Source: a virus (lineage: Duplodnaviria > Caudoviricetes). Taken from it: a DNA stretch of 53,448 nucleotides. A program made the translations under genes and the position numbers. The stretch's first letter is position 1; each line of letters starts with the position of its first letter. Below the pieces are notes generated by a model. The model was not told where the DNA came from and ran no database searches. It saw only the letters and a list, made by a program, of their open reading frames with translations. Location of the stretch: IMG/VR virus record IMGVR_UViG_3300048591_001682, positions 1-53,448 of that record. The stretch is one strand, 5' to 3'. Positions 10,248-19,061 of this stretch are shown here, piece by piece.

Positions 10248-10320
10248 GGGGAGGCATGTACCAAGGGGGCGAGCTGGCCCTGCAAGTCGGCTGCGGTGGG
10301 TTCGATTCCCATCCTCTCCA
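10248..10320 (+). tRNA. tRNA-Ala(TGC), atypical
   Basis: G3:U70, loop CC TGC AA, weak D arm. Confidence 0.7.
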
Positions 10321-10328
10321 CCCGTTTC

Positions 10329-10400
10329 GCGCCCGAAGTGTTTTCGGCGGCACCCCTGGCTTCCAACCAGGAGGGGCGGGTTCGAGTCCCGCCGGGCGCT
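10329..10400 (+). tRNA. tRNA-Gly(TCC)
   Basis: GCG start, loop CT TCC AA, U73. Confidence 0.85.
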
Positions 10401-10409
10401 CAAGTCATT

Positions 10410-10484
10410 ACCTCTGTGGTCCAACGGAAGGGCGTCGGTCTTCTAAACCGAAAGGTGGCGGTTCGAGTCCGTCCAGGGGTGCCA
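10410..10484 (+). tRNA. tRNA-Arg(TCT)
   Basis: Cloverleaf, loop CT TCT AA, GCCA. Confidence 0.88.
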
Positions 10485-10493
10485 TCGCTTTTT

Positions 10494-10660
10494 ACCCACG
10501 TAGCTCAACGGAAAGAGTCCCCGGCTTCGGTTTCGGGTGGAATCGTGCGCAGCGGAACGGACGACAAGTCCGTGGAGCCGCAGGATTCCGGCCGAAGGAC
10601 GGGTCCGCAGGACCCTAGTCAACCGGTGGGGTGGGGGTTCAAATCCCTCCGTGGGTGCCA
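10494..10660 (+). tRNA. tRNA-Arg(TCG) interrupted in anticodon loop
   Basis: Loop CT TCG AA restored on removing 10530-10620. Confidence 0.82.
10530..10620 (-). mobile_element. ~90 bp tRNA-interrupting element, copy A3 (inverted)
   Basis: Reverse complement reads GACTAGGGTCCTGCGGACCC...CCCGAAAC, at minus-strand GGTT^CGA. Confidence 0.8.
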
Positions 10661-10662
10661 AT

Positions 10663-10740
10663 GTCCTCGTAGCTCAGTGGATAGAGCGCCGGCGTGCGAA
10701 GCCGGGACTGCCGGAGGTTCGACTCCTCCCGAGGACGCCA
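10663..10740 (+). tRNA. tRNA-Arg(GCG)
   Basis: Cloverleaf, loop GT GCG AA, GCCA. Confidence 0.85.
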
Positions 10741-10744
10741 TTTT

Positions 10745-10815
10745 CGCGGGGAGGGCCGGCGCCCAGCGAGGCCTCATAAGCCTCTGCCCGTCAGGTTCAA
10801 CTCCTGGCCCCGCAA
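10745..10815 (+). tRNA. tRNA-Met(CAT), initiator-like, degenerate D arm
   Basis: CGCGGGG with C1:A72 mismatch, loop CT CAT AA. Confidence 0.7.
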
Positions 10816-10822
10816 CAGTATC

Positions 10823-10894
10823 CCCGCTGACGATCGGATCGACGCGCCTCTCATACGGGCGACGGCGGCGGTTCGACTCCGCCCGGCGGGACCA
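10823..10894 (+). tRNA. tRNA(CAT) (Met or Ile2), degenerate D arm
   Basis: CCCGCTG/CGGCGGG acceptor, loop CT CAT AC, CCA. Confidence 0.6.
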
Positions 10895-10895
10895 A

Positions 10896-10971
10896 CGGGA
10901 TGTGGCGCAGTTGGAAGCGCGCCGGTCTGGGGGACCGGAGGTCGCCGGTTCGAGTCCGGCTATCCCGACCA
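10896..10971 (+). tRNA. tRNA-Pro(GGG)
   Basis: Cloverleaf, loop CT GGG GG, CCA. Confidence 0.92.
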
Positions 10972-10977
10972 AACTTC

Positions 10978-11052
10978 GCGGGGTTCGCTCTCTGGGAGAG
11001 CGCCTGCCCTACAAGCAGGACGAGCTGGGTTCGATTCCCAGACCCCGTACCA
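10978..11052 (+). tRNA. tRNA-Val(TAC)
   Basis: Cloverleaf, loop CC TAC AA, CCA. Confidence 0.82.
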
Positions 11053-11055
11053 AAA

Positions 11056-11142
11056 GCCCGGGTGACGGAACACTGGCAGACGTGCAGCGTTGAGAGCGCT
11101 GCGGGGCTCGTCCCCGTGCAGGTTCGAATCCTGTCCTGGGCA
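11056..11142 (+). tRNA. tRNA-Leu(GAG)
   Basis: Long variable arm, loop TT GAG AG. Confidence 0.88.
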
Positions 11143-11148
11143 CTGATC

Positions 11149-11234
11149 GCTCGCGTGGCGGAACGGGCAGACGCGGTCGGCTTAAGTCCGACTGCCCCTC
11201 GGCGGGCATGGGGGTCCGACTCCCTCCGCGAGCA
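11149..11234 (+). tRNA. tRNA-Leu(TAA)
   Basis: Long variable arm, loop CT TAA GT; T loop TCCGACT variant. Confidence 0.82.
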
Positions 11235-11240
11235 CACTTT

Positions 11241-11329
11241 GCCGGGATGGCGGAATCAGGCAGACGCGCTGGGCTTAGAACCCAGTGACCCTTGAGGTCG
11301 TGCAGGTTCGACTCCTGTTCCCGGTACCA
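11241..11329 (+). tRNA. tRNA-Leu(TAG)
   Basis: Long variable arm, loop CT TAG AA, CCA. Confidence 0.9.
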
Positions 11330-11334
11330 ACTTT

Positions 11335-11495
11335 GCGGACTTGGCGGAACTGGCAGACGCGCCTGACTCAAGCTCAGGTGAGCTCTCAGCTCATGGGGGT
11401 TCAAGGTGTCCCGCGGCGAACGCCGCAGGCACCTCGTTGTTGGTCAGCACGCCCCTCCGGAGCGTCCTGACCAACTGCGACTCCCCCCGTCCGCA
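11335..11495 (+). tRNA. tRNA-Leu(CAA) interrupted in T loop
   Basis: TTCGACT loop restored on removing 76 bp at 11403-11478. Confidence 0.8.
11403..11478. mobile_element. Two-hairpin insertion B1 in tRNA-Leu T loop
   Basis: Hairpins AGGTGTC..GGCACCT and GTTGGTCAG..CTGACCAAC; boundary ambiguous by 1 nt. Confidence 0.6.
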
Positions 11496-11543
11496 CAATG
11501 GCTCTCATCGCTGAGGAGGTGAAGCGCCAAGGAGACTGTGACC

Positions 11544-12074
11544 ATGAGAACGCTCGTACTGGACCACGGCTACCAGCCGCACCGCATCGTCAGCTGGCAA
11601 CGCGCCGTCATCATGCTGTTCGATGGTAAGGTCGAGATCGTCGAAGAGTACGACGAGCCGATCCGCTCGGTGAGCATCACCATCAAGATGCCTGCCGTCG
11701 TACGCATGCTGCGCGCGGTGCGCGGTCGTAGACGCGCAATCAAGTTCTCGCGCATCAACGTCGCCACGCGAGACGACTTCCGCTGCCAGTACTGCGGCGG
11801 CAAGTTTCCCCTTCGTCGACTCACTCATGACCACGTCGTGCCCCGTTCCCAAGGCGGACGCACCGCGTGGGACAACATCGTGATGGCTTGCTACCCGTGC
11901 AACGAGGCCAAGAGAAATCGGACGCCTGAGCAAGCTGGAATGAAGCTGCGCAAGCAGCCCGTGAAGCCCTCGTGGCTTCCGGTGATCGCATTCCATGTCG
12001 ACGCGACGCACAGCATTCCCGATGCCTGGGCCAACTGGCTCTACTGGCACGGGGCGCTTGAGGAAGGCTCGTGA
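11544..12074 (+). CDS. HNH endonuclease
   Basis: RDDFRCQYCG...THDHVVPRSQGG...WDNIVMACYPCNEAKRN; AGGAG RBS. Confidence 0.92.
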   Translation: MRTLVLDHGYQPHRIVSWQRAVIMLFDGKVEIVEEYDEPIRSVSITIKMPAVVRMLRAVRGRRRAIKFSRINVATRDDFRCQYCGGKFPLRRLTHDHVVPRSQGGRTAWDNIVMACYPCNEAKRNRTPEQAGMKLRKQPVKPSWLPVIAFHVDATHSIPDAWANWLYWHGALEEGS

Positions 12075-12163
12075 GAGCAAGCCTCGCACCTTCCGACCGG
12101 ACGGCGGACCCGCGGTAGTCTTCGATGGCTCCGACGCCGCCGCCGTCCTGGTCGGAAACCTTT

Positions 12164-12240
12164 CGGAGCATAGCGCAGTCTGGAAGCGCGCCTGGTTCGG
12201 GACCAGGAGGTCGTGGGTTCAAATCCCACTGCTCCGACCA
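12164..12240 (+). tRNA. tRNA-Pro(CGG)
   Basis: Cloverleaf, loop TT CGG GA, CCA. Confidence 0.93.
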
Positions 12241-12273
12241 GATGGAGGTCGTTCTGACCTCCTTACTTTTTCC

Positions 12274-12396
12274 GCGGCGAATGCATGCGGGACTACATCA
12301 CCCTGGTGAACTCGGTTCGATTCCGAGCCGATCCTGATGGAGCGGTCGTCTAACGGTAGGACCCCAGGCAAACGTCTCGCGACGACTCGTCGCCGC
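12274..12396 (+). ncRNA. Second YrlA-like Y RNA
   Basis: GGCGAATG motif; order CCTGG - T arm CTCGG TTCGATT CCGAG - loop-closed acceptor - D arm GTCTAACGGTAGGAC - CCAGG. Confidence 0.85.
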
Positions 12397-12400
12397 CTTT

Positions 12401-12553
12401 GGAAGGTCACGTGGCAGTGGTGCCACACCGGCTTCGAAACCCGGGGGCGTCATCGACGCAGAGGTTCATGGTTGATCGTTCGGCTCTGCCAAACGGTCAA
12501 CCATGGGATGCCTCGCGATGCTCGGACATCAGCGACTCCTCGGCCTTCCGCCA
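12401..12553 (+). tRNA. tRNA-Ser(CGA) interrupted in T loop
   Basis: GGAAGGT/GCCTTCC acceptor, G73, long variable arm; T loop restored on removing 12468-12533. Confidence 0.75.
12468..12533. mobile_element. Hairpin insertion B2 in tRNA-Ser T loop
   Basis: ATGGTTGATCGTT..AACGGTCAACCAT hairpin plus weaker second stem; boundary ambiguous by 1 nt. Confidence 0.6.
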
Positions 12554-12558
12554 TTCCA

Positions 12559-12645
12559 GGAGGACACAGTAACGGTGGTCGTCACGACCGGCTGCTACCC
12601 GGTTGGCGCGTTCGCGTCGAGGTTCGACTCCTCTGTCCTCCGCCA
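12559..12645 (+). tRNA. tRNA-Ser(GCT)
   Basis: Long variable arm, loop CT GCT AC, GCCA. Confidence 0.82.
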
Positions 12646-12651
12646 ATGTTC

Positions 12652-12726
12652 GCGACCAAGGTGTTGACGGCTGCACGCTGCCCCGCCACGGCGGAAGCGC
12701 GGGTTCGATTCCCGCTGGTCGCTCCA
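12652..12726 (+). tRNA. tRNA-Gly(GCC)
   Basis: GCG start, loop CC GCC AC, TCCA. Confidence 0.82.
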
Positions 12727-12731
12727 TTCTG

Positions 12732-12807
12732 TCCCTGTCTTCTAGCTGGACAAGGATCCCGGGCCCTCAACCCGGAGACGGGGGTTCAACTCCCCCCAGT
12801 GACGCCA
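12732..12807 (+). tRNA. tRNA-Glu(CTC)
   Basis: Loop CC CTC AA, GCCA. Confidence 0.8.
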
Positions 12808-12817
12808 CAGCACGAGT

Positions 12818-12844
12818 TCTCTCTCGATCGTCAAAGACCGCTGC
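12818..12844 (+). repeat. Right arm of long-range inverted repeat
   Basis: TCTCTCTCGATCGTCAAAGACCGCTGC, complementary to 8818-8844 at 25/27. Confidence 0.7.
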
Positions 12845-12868
12845 GCGCGAATACCTACGGAGATCACC

Positions 12869-14437
12869 ATGGTACTCAAGGCATTGTTCAAGAGCGCAGC
12901 TCGGTCCGCACCCAAGGCGACCAGCGTCAACCACGAGAACGCCCCGGCGTATGCGCTCGACTCGCGTACTGCGCTCGCGCAGCTCGCGGCGACCGGCTGC
13001 TTCGGAAGCACGTTCTACGTGACCGGCCAAGAGCAGCTCGACAAGGTGCTTGAGCACGCGGGTCGTTGTGACCCGGTGTTCGTGGCCAAGGTCGCTGTGT
13101 ACGCGCGTGAGCGTGGCTTCATGAAGGACATGCCGGCGGTGCTGCTCGCGCATCTCGCGACGCGGGGTGCGGAGGGCATCGCGGCCATGAAGGCGGCGTT
13201 CCCGCGCGTGGTCAACAACGGACGAATGCTTCGTGCGTACGTCCAGGTCATTCGCTCCGGGCAGCTGGGTCGAAAGTCCTTGGGTACGGCGCCGAAGAAG
13301 GTCGTGCAGCGTTGGCTTGGCGCGCGCTCGGCGATGAGCCTGTTCTCAGACTCGGTCGGAAACGATCCGTCACTCGCTGATGTGATCAAGATGGTCCACC
13401 CCACGCCGACCTCGGACGAGCAGCGGGCGATGTACGGCTACCTGCTTGGTAAGCCCTACGACGTCGAGAAGCTTCCGTACACCGTGCGGTCGTACGAGGC
13501 CTGGAAGCGCGGCGAGGGTGATGGTTCGGTGCCGAAGGTGCCGAGTCTGATGCTCGCCGGACTGCCACTGGGCAAGAAGGAGTGGACGGAGATCGCAAAG
13601 CACGCACGTTGGCACGAGACGCGAATGAACCTCAACACGTACCAACGCCACGGCGTCTTCGACGACGAGGCGTTGGTGAAGCTCATCGCGTCGCGTCTCG
13701 CAGACAAGGATGAGGTGCGGGCGGCCAAGGTCTTCCCATACCAACTCTTGGTGGCCTGGAAGACGGCGTCGGAAGTCCCGGCCCTGATCCAGAACGCCCT
13801 GCAAGAGGCCATGGAGCACTCACTCGAGAACATCCCGGAGATCGACGGTCAGGTGGTCATCTGCCCAGACGTCTCCGGCTCCATGCAGAGCGCGGTGACG
13901 GGCTACCGCAAGGGCGCCACTAGCACGGTGCGATGCGTGGACGTCGCGGCGATGATCTCGGCGGCGCTCTTGCGGAAGAGCCCGTTGGCGCGCGTCATCC
14001 CCTTCGAGCAGGACGTTCGCTCTATCCGACTCAACCCTCAGGACTCAGTCATGACCCTCTCACAGCAGCTCGCATCGATCGGCGGTGGCGGAACCAGCTG
14101 CTCGGCGCCGCTGTCGCTCCTGAACAAGGAGAAGGCGAAGGTCGACGCCGTGATCTACGTCTCTGACAACGAGTCGTGGGTCGATGCCCAAGACAAGAGC
14201 GGCTACCAGCGCGGCACCGCGATAATGGAGGAGTGGACCAAGCTCCGTCAGCGCAACCCGCAGGCGAAGCTCGTATGCGTTGACCTTACTCCCAACACCC
14301 ACAAGCAGGCGATCGATCGGCCGGACATTCTCAACGTCGGGGGCTTCTCCGACGCGGTGTTCGACGTGACCGCCCAGTTCATCAAGGCCGAGGGCCAGGC
14401 ACCTTGGGCTGAGGTGATCGACCGAACTGAACTGTAA
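12869..14437 (+). CDS. rsr: Ro60/Rsr TROVE-domain RNA-binding protein with vWA domain
   Basis: LAQLAATGCFGSTFY, ARERGFMKDMP, RMNLNT, MIDAS-like CPDVSGSM, GGGTSCS, SDNESW, VGGFSD. Confidence 0.93.
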   Translation: MVLKALFKSAARSAPKATSVNHENAPAYALDSRTALAQLAATGCFGSTFYVTGQEQLDKVLEHAGRCDPVFVAKVAVYARERGFMKDMPAVLLAHLATRGAEGIAAMKAAFPRVVNNGRMLRAYVQVIRSGQLGRKSLGTAPKKVVQRWLGARSAMSLFSDSVGNDPSLADVIKMVHPTPTSDEQRAMYGYLLGKPYDVEKLPYTVRSYEAWKRGEGDGSVPKVPSLMLAGLPLGKKEWTEIAKHARWHETRMNLNTYQRHGVFDDEALVKLIASRLADKDEVRAAKVFPYQLLVAWKTASEVPALIQNALQEAMEHSLENIPEIDGQVVICPDVSGSMQSAVTGYRKGATSTVRCVDVAAMISAALLRKSPLARVIPFEQDVRSIRLNPQDSVMTLSQQLASIGGGGTSCSAPLSLLNKEKAKVDAVIYVSDNESWVDAQDKSGYQRGTAIMEEWTKLRQRNPQAKLVCVDLTPNTHKQAIDRPDILNVGGFSDAVFDVTAQFIKAEGQAPWAEVIDRTEL

Positions 14438-14499
14438 ACGGGGGCGGACGTGCGCCGCCCAAATGCCGGCGGGGCCGTCAAACCCTTGTCGCGTTCTAC

Positions 14500-14574
14500 G
14501 CTCTCGATGCGTTGGTGGTGACGCACCTGTCTCGTAATCAGGAGAACGGGGTTCGATTCCCCGCGAGAGCTCCA
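14500..14574 (+). tRNA. tRNA-Thr(CGT)
   Basis: Cloverleaf, loop CT CGT AA, CCA. Confidence 0.85.
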
Positions 14575-14575
14575 T

Positions 14576-14654
14576 GCCGCCGAAGACTCTGATGGTTCGG
14601 GTCGCCAGGTTTTCACCCTGGAGGTCGCCGGTTCGATTCCGGTCGGCGGTGCCA
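14576..14654 (+). tRNA. tRNA-Glu(TTC)
   Basis: Loop TT TTC AC, GCCA. Confidence 0.82.
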
Positions 14655-14657
14655 CAA

Positions 14658-14732
14658 TCGGGGCTGGTCTAACGGCAGGATGCCGGACTTTGAATCCGTG
14701 CGGTGGGGGTTCGAATCCCCCGCCCCGAACCA
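14658..14732 (+). tRNA. tRNA-Gln(TTG)
   Basis: Cloverleaf, loop CT TTG AA, CCA. Confidence 0.88.
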
Positions 14733-14823
14733 TATGCGTCACGGGGGCGCCGGCGGCTGCGAACGGGGCGCGCGAGGAGCGCCGCGCGCACGGTCGCGCT
14801 CGCTGCTTGGCAACGACGTGAGG

Positions 14824-15267
14824 CTACTCGTTGATGGCTTCGATGCCCTGTGCAGCAAGCCGCGCAAGCCCGTCCTTCATCGCTTGGAGCTGCTCGGGCG
14901 CGTGGCCCTTCCAGTCGATGATCTCGCCGATCACCCGGATCGGCGCCCGCGTGCGGAAGGACCTCGTCGGGTTCCCGGGGAACTTCTTGTCGGTGAGGTT
15001 CGGGTCGTCTTCGATCGGCCCCGAGGGTTCGACGATGTAGATGCGGCCTGGCCCGTCACCGATCGCCAGCTCGGCGCCCCATGTGGCGGCGTCCAGGGTG
15101 CCCGTCAGGTACACGAAGGCGGCGTTCTTCCTCTCGCCATAGTTGGACGAGCGACCGGCCTCGATCAGGTCGCCTGGCTTCAGGTCGGCCTTCGTGCCGT
15201 GGAGGTAGCCCGGCGTCCCGGAGCTGTCCGTCCACACCTTGAAGGGCTCGGGTGTCGGCATCGTCAT
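14824..15267 (-). CDS. arr: NAD+--rifampin ADP-ribosyltransferase
   Basis: HGTKADL, SNY, AATWGAELA, EDDPNLTDKKFPGNPTRS are Arr signature segments. Confidence 0.93.
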   Translation of the reverse strand: MTMPTPEPFKVWTDSSGTPGYLHGTKADLKPGDLIEAGRSSNYGERKNAAFVYLTGTLDAATWGAELAIGDGPGRIYIVEPSGPIEDDPNLTDKKFPGNPTRSFRTRAPIRVIGEIIDWKGHAPEQLQAMKDGLARLAAQGIEAINE

Positions 15268-15299
15268 CGGCAGTCACTGTACGCCGAGCCTCACTGACT

Positions 15300-15329
15300 G
15301 TCCCCGCCATTCGCGCCCCGAGGCTTTGC
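15300..15329 (+). promoter_or_regulatory. Conserved bipartite motif, copy 1
   Basis: GTCCC-N18-GCTTTGC upstream of portal module. Confidence 0.7.
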
Positions 15330-15434
15330 CCTTGCCGGAGGCGAGGCGCGCGGTCCAGCTGCTCGGTGCCCAGGTGGACTGCCTCCTCGCAGGCTGGCCA
15401 AGCGCCTCGCCTCCGCTGATTCGCGGAGTCCACC

Positions 15435-15640
15435 ATGCGGCGTACGCTCACGACCTTCGTCATCCCGGCAGGCAAGCCTGCGGGCGCTCCGCCCGAGCCT
15501 GGACCGCAAGTCGAGCTCGAAGCGCCCACCGAGGACGGGCTCCTGGCCGCCGCGCATAGCGCAATCGCCGAGCGCGGGCTGCGGCTGCGCTCCATGTCGT
15601 TCACTCCGACGGGGCTCGTCGCCTACGCGGAGGCGGCCGG

Positions 15641-15644
<4 letters not shown>
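15435..15644 (+). CDS. Small hypothetical phage protein
   Basis: GGAG RBS; stop overlaps portal start. Confidence 0.6.
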
Positions 15645-17441
<1,797 letters not shown>

Positions 17442-17452
<11 letters not shown>

Positions 17453-17696
17453 GCATCAGCATGCGTGGGTGCAGCAAGCCCAGCTCGACGCCGAGCGTGG
17501 TGTCATCACCTGCCGCATGTGCCAGCGCCACGCGGGGCTTGACGAGACGACCACATTCTGGCGCAACGGCCTTTTGGTCTTCGCGCTCTGCGACCGCTGC
17601 GCCTCGTGCCACGAAGTCGTGTTCTCGCCCACGGAGGCGGGTGTCGAGGTGCGGGCCAAGCAGAGAGGCCCGCTCATCGTTCGAGGGCGTCCATGA
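17442..17696 (+). CDS. Small Zn-ribbon protein
   Basis: CxxC pairs; coupled to neighbours. Confidence 0.55.
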
Positions 17697-17992
17697 AGAT
17701 CAACCCTTCAAGCAAGCGCCCGTGCCGCCTCGAGCGCGGTGATGTGCGGCGCGTACCGCAGGAGCGGCGCGCGATGCTGGTTGGCTACCATCTCTGCTGT
17801 CCGCGCTGCGGGTTCGTGTGCGTCGCCCTGGTCGGCCATGATGACCTGGTGATCACGGAGGGCGAGGACAACGACATCGTCACCTTCTCGTCCGCGGTGC
17901 GCTGCGTCTTCTGTCGCGTGCTCATTCATCTCGATGGGGGCGAGCTGCGACTTGAGGAGGACGCCGATGTGCGCAACGTCCGTTACCGTTGA
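17693..17992 (+). CDS. Small Zn-ribbon protein
   Basis: CPRCG and CVFC; ATGA overlap. Confidence 0.55.
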   Translation: MKINPSSKRPCRLERGDVRRVPQERRAMLVGYHLCCPRCGFVCVALVGHDDLVITEGEDNDIVTFSSAVRCVFCRVLIHLDGGELRLEEDADVRNVRYR

Positions 17993-19052
17993 GCCGCTCG
18001 TGCTGGTGCACGAGGCACGCGTCGCCGCGGACGAGATCGCGGAGCGCTTCCTCGGCACGCCGATCGCCAAGGCCATGGACCTCGGCAGCGCGGCGGGCTT
18101 CGACCGCGCGGTGGTGCTCCTCGCCGCGCGCCTGCGCCGCGCCACGGGCAAGGCAGACGTAGACGCAGTCCGGGAGGCCGTGGTCGTGCTCGACGTCGAC
18201 TGGAGCCGTACGACCGCGGGCGAGCGGCGCCGGCTCGTTGCCGAGGCACGGGCCGCCGCAGGTCGCACCACCGCGATCATCCCGTCGCGCATCCAAGCTC
18301 CACTCGGTGACGCCGCCGAGTCGGTCGTCACAGCGACCCGTACGCAGGCGCGGCGGGCGCAAGGGCTCGCGATCGGCGCCGACTTCAACGCGCTTGATCG
18401 ACGCATCGTTCGGCACGTCGTCGCCTCACAGGGCAACTTCGTACGGGACGAGTATGGGCGGCGCCTCGATGCGTTCGGGGAGCAAGCGCGCGCCGTCGTC
18501 GCGGCGGGCCTCGAGCAGGGGCTCGCACGCGATGACATCGCCGCGAACCTTGAGCGTGCAGCCCGAGCGGCCCTCGTCGAGCGCGCACCGTTCTACTGGG
18601 AGGTCGTCGCGAGCTCGTTCATTGGCCAGGGGCGCTCGTTCGCGCAGATGAGCAGCTACGCGGAGGCGGGCATCCAGCGGTACCGCATCGAGGCCGTCCT
18701 TGACGAGCGCACGACCCACATCTGCCGCTACCTGCACGGTAAGACCTTCGCCGTGGCGGACGCACTGCGGCGCTTCGAGCGCATCGATCAACTGGAAGAT
18801 CCCGAGGACATCAAGAGAGCGATGCCCTGGGTGCGTGAGGCGCCCGACGCCGAGACTGGCCGCACGCGGCTTTACGTGAACGGCAGCTCCGGGCGGACCG
18901 AGCTCGCCGAGGTGCGGCGTTCGGGCGTGGGGGCGCGAGACGACCGGGGCGACTTCCGCGCGCTAGCCAGCGACAGCGAGCTTAGCGAGGTCGGTATCGG
19001 GTTCCCTGGGTACCACGCGCTCTGCCGCACGACGACACTCGCGCTCGTTTGA
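17967..19052 (+). CDS. Minor head morphogenesis protein (MuF/SPP1 gp7-like)
   Basis: AVLDERTTHICRYLHGK and PGYHALCRT motifs. Confidence 0.85.
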   Translation: MCATSVTVEPLVLVHEARVAADEIAERFLGTPIAKAMDLGSAAGFDRAVVLLAARLRRATGKADVDAVREAVVVLDVDWSRTTAGERRRLVAEARAAAGRTTAIIPSRIQAPLGDAAESVVTATRTQARRAQGLAIGADFNALDRRIVRHVVASQGNFVRDEYGRRLDAFGEQARAVVAAGLEQGLARDDIAANLERAARAALVERAPFYWEVVASSFIGQGRSFAQMSSYAEAGIQRYRIEAVLDERTTHICRYLHGKTFAVADALRRFERIDQLEDPEDIKRAMPWVREAPDAETGRTRLYVNGSSGRTELAEVRRSGVGARDDRGDFRALASDSELSEVGIGFPGYHALCRTTTLALV

Positions 19053-19061
19053 GCGCGTCGA

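Noticed and set aside
10248-10320. tRNA-Cys(GCA) reading of this gene
   Set aside because: Stem register centres TGC, and G3:U70 indicates Ala
9253-10620. Group I/II intron or CRISPR interpretation of the 90 bp repeats
   Set aside because: Too short for a ribozyme core, one copy is antisense, and there is no repeat-spacer periodicity or cas gene
8499-14732. Many short ORFs across the tRNA array
   Set aside because: They overlap tRNA genes; only HNH and rsr have RBS and protein motifs
15300-15329. Sigma-54 promoter reading of the TTTGC motif
   Set aside because: No TGGCAC element at the -24 position in the copies
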